NCBI GenBank assembly: GCA_027031765.1
Contig: JALVPN010000038.1
Location: 1 to 6,639 of the forward strand
Direction of reading: 5' to 3'
DNA from: Promethearchaeota archaeon
GTDB taxonomy: Archaea; Asgardarchaeota; Thorarchaeia; Thorarchaeales; Thorarchaeaceae
Length of the DNA stretch: 6,639 nucleotides
The position numbers were made by a program, and so were the translations under genes. This document shows, piece after piece, positions 5,008 to 6,639 of the stretch (its first letter is position 1; each line of letters opens with the position of its first letter). Below the pieces are notes generated by a model. That model searched no databases. It was not told the DNA's origin and worked only from the letters and a program-made list of their open reading frames with translations.

Positions 5008-5625
5008 TCATTGCCTGGAGAGGAGGAGGTCTATCTGGCGTGACACCTCGTCCAGCACCTCAATGAAGCGGCGAGTCCTGCGTGCCAGGACATAGTACTT
5101 TAGGGGGGGGATGCGGTGGGCCTTGAAACGGGCGCGGAATGTGGACATGTCCCGTTCGAGGGCTTTGATGGACTTCGTGATGTCCTTTGATAGGCGCTCC
5201 AACTGGTGGGCAAGGCCATCAGACACCGGTCTGTCCTGACCCCTGCAGTCGGCAACCGCCCTGTCCAGACACTCTCTCACGACCGGGTCCTGGCGGGCAC
5301 GTTCCAAGAGCGTGTCCAACATCTCTCGACGGGTACGGTGATACTCTAGGAGGCGGCTCAGAACCTGGGTGTTGTAGGCAATGGCCCGATGGTCTGCACT
5401 CGGGATTCGGAGTGCATACATTGTCGCACGGATGCGGTCAATGAAGCCAGATATCTCCGACTTCAGCAACTTCAACTCAGCTGTTGCGAGGAGTCCGATA
5501 ACGAGGGCCTGCTGGGGAATGTCAGGCCGGACACGCAGGTAGGGGAAAAGTGCGCATAGGTCGTCGGGTCTGTCCCGGTCCGATCCTGTGTCAGCACTGT
5601 GGTCAGTAGGAGGAGGGCTCTGCAT
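5008..5625 (-). CDS. Hypothetical all-alpha/coiled-coil protein (205 aa)
   Basis: ATG preceded by GGTGA-ATA. Long amphipathic helices (LERLSKDITKSIKALERDMSTFRARF; FIEVLDEVSRQIDLLL). Same orientation as its neighbours. No family recognised. Confidence 0.7.
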   Translation of the reverse strand: MQSPPPTDHSADTGSDRDRPDDLCALFPYLRVRPDIPQQALVIGLLATAELKLLKSEISGFIDRIRATMYALRIPSADHRAIAYNTQVLSRLLEYHRTRREMLDTLLERARQDPVVRECLDRAVADCRGQDRPVSDGLAHQLERLSKDITKSIKALERDMSTFRARFKAHRIPPLKYYVLARRTRRFIEVLDEVSRQIDLLLSRQ

Positions 5626-5752
5626 TATTCACCGCCGTGATAACTGTGCTCATAGACAGCCAACGCATGGACACGATGTGTAGGATGAGAGTGGACCCCT
5701 CGCAGACATGGAGGAGGGACTGGGAGGTGTGGTGAGAGGGCCGGAGTCCCGT

Positions 5753-6070
5753 TCAGGTGAAGGTTGCAAGACGACTTGCTGCCTCGTCCAGCTTGGCCTT
5801 TGATGCGACAATTGTGTCAGCGCCGTAGTCCGGGAGGACCTTCAACTCCTCAATCAGGAGTGCGATTGCAGTGGTCGGTGGGATCTCCTTCTTCTCAAAG
5901 GAGCCGTCAGGGAATGTGATGGATGCCTCGACCCACTTCTCCTTGGTCTCGTCAGCTGGGAAGAGGCAGTATATGTAGTCGTCATTGCTGACAATGAACG
6001 ACGGGGTGTGCTCCCAGGCCTGTGCCAGCAGTGCACCGAAAGCCTTCGCATTCTCTGCCTTGTCTGCCAT
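5753..6070 (-). CDS. Hypothetical acidic alpha/beta protein (105 aa)
   Basis: Start taken at ATG 6070 (MADKAENAKAFGALLAQAWEHTPSFIVSNDDYIYCLFP...), preceded by SD-like GAGTGATG. Globular-looking composition. No family recognised. Confidence 0.75.
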   Translation of the reverse strand: MADKAENAKAFGALLAQAWEHTPSFIVSNDDYIYCLFPADETKEKWVEASITFPDGSFEKKEIPPTTAIALLIEELKVLPDYGADTIVASKAKLDEAASRLATFT

Positions 6071-6120
6071 CTGGTCATCACTCTCTGAACGGATGAGTTG
6101 TCCGGACACTGTATGCGTGC

Positions 6121-6127
6121 CTTATTT
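6121..6127 (-). promoter_or_regulatory. Weak TATA-like box (AAATAAG) upstream of the 105-aa gene
   Basis: AT-rich patch about 50 nt upstream of ATG 6070. Confidence 0.3.
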
Positions 6128-6173
6128 GTCTTCTCATGGCAGGCAGGGCTGCCGCTAGCCGCGCAGACCCACA

Positions 6174-6638
6174 TCATGGACGGTGCCATGTGAAGGAGTA
6201 CAGTACCACCTGTGCGTTCTCCTTGACGGTGGCGACAATGAACCTCTTGCGGACAGTTGTGGCCAGCCGACCGGCACGCACAATGTCGAGGGGGGTCACA
6301 CCCTTCCTCTGAGGGATGACATGAATGAGGAAAGGCGCATGGTCCTTTCCAGGGCCGTGTACATATACTGCAAAGTCGGTACCGAACTTGAGGCCCGGAC
6401 GGACGATATAGCCCCGTTGGCGGAGGTACCGGTATACCCAGAAACGCTCCTGGAACTCGTCCGACTGGTACAGACCACACTCAATGATGTCGCCCACAGA
6501 GAGGGGCCTCCCGGTGGCCGGGTCGTAGACCCTCACCCATCCGGTCTCGGTGAGATAGGCACACTCAAGGAGTGAGAGTTCCAGGGGGCGGTCGAACTCC
6601 GGGTGCTTCGGCTTCCTGATGCCCACGGGCTGGCCGAA
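6174..6638 (-). CDS. endA: tRNA-splicing endonuclease (tRNA-intron lyase), catalytic subunit; 5'-truncated by the window edge
   Basis: Frame open to the right edge: FGQPVGIRKPKHPEFDRPLELSLLECAYL...VYRYLRQRGYIVRPGLKFGTDFAVYVHGPGKDHAPF...RLATTVRK...YSFTWHRP. Tyr (FAVY), His (DHAPF) and Lys (VRK) of the catalytic triad are present. Confidence 0.93.
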   Translation of the reverse strand, partial: FGQPVGIRKPKHPEFDRPLELSLLECAYLTETGWVRVYDPATGRPLSVGDIIECGLYQSDEFQERFWVYRYLRQRGYIVRPGLKFGTDFAVYVHGPGKDHAPFLIHVIPQRKGVTPLDIVRAGRLATTVRKRFIVATVKENAQVVLYSFTWHRP

Positions 6639-6639
6639 A

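Noticed and set aside
5854-6575. ORFs 5854..6480 (-) and 6183..6575 (+)
   Set aside because: They overlap endA and the 105-aa gene in other frames, with no recognisable motifs.
1-6639. tRNA, rRNA, CRISPR array or mobile element
   Set aside because: No cloverleaf, regularly spaced repeat array, transposase/integrase or terminal inverted repeats seen by manual reading.

Overview
GC-rich archaeal genomic window. It carries an archaeal-type SelB, a tRNA-splicing endonuclease, and TATA-like and GGTGA/GGAGG ribosome-binding-like motifs. An Asgard/Thorarchaeia-like origin is my inference, not shown by the sequence. Gene order: selB (minus strand, runs off the left edge and is absent from the ORF track), a pilin-like membrane protein (+), a NapH/MauN-type membrane polyferredoxin (+), then on the minus strand a stand-alone ModE-type wHTH regulator, a 71-aa basic C2CH zinc-finger protein, an AIR-synthase/SelD-superfamily enzyme (methanogenesis-marker-2-like), a hidden 41-aa membrane peptide, a 205-aa helical hypothetical, a 105-aa hypothetical and endA (runs off the right edge). 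I found no tRNA, rRNA, CRISPR array, mobile element or convincing SECIS. The best leads are the THAP-like C2CH protein, the divergent SelD-superfamily enzyme near selB, an in-frame UGA bridging the pilin-like and polyferredoxin ORFs, the hidden small membrane ORF, and two structured intergenic regions that share a 12-mer. None is established as a new system from this window alone.
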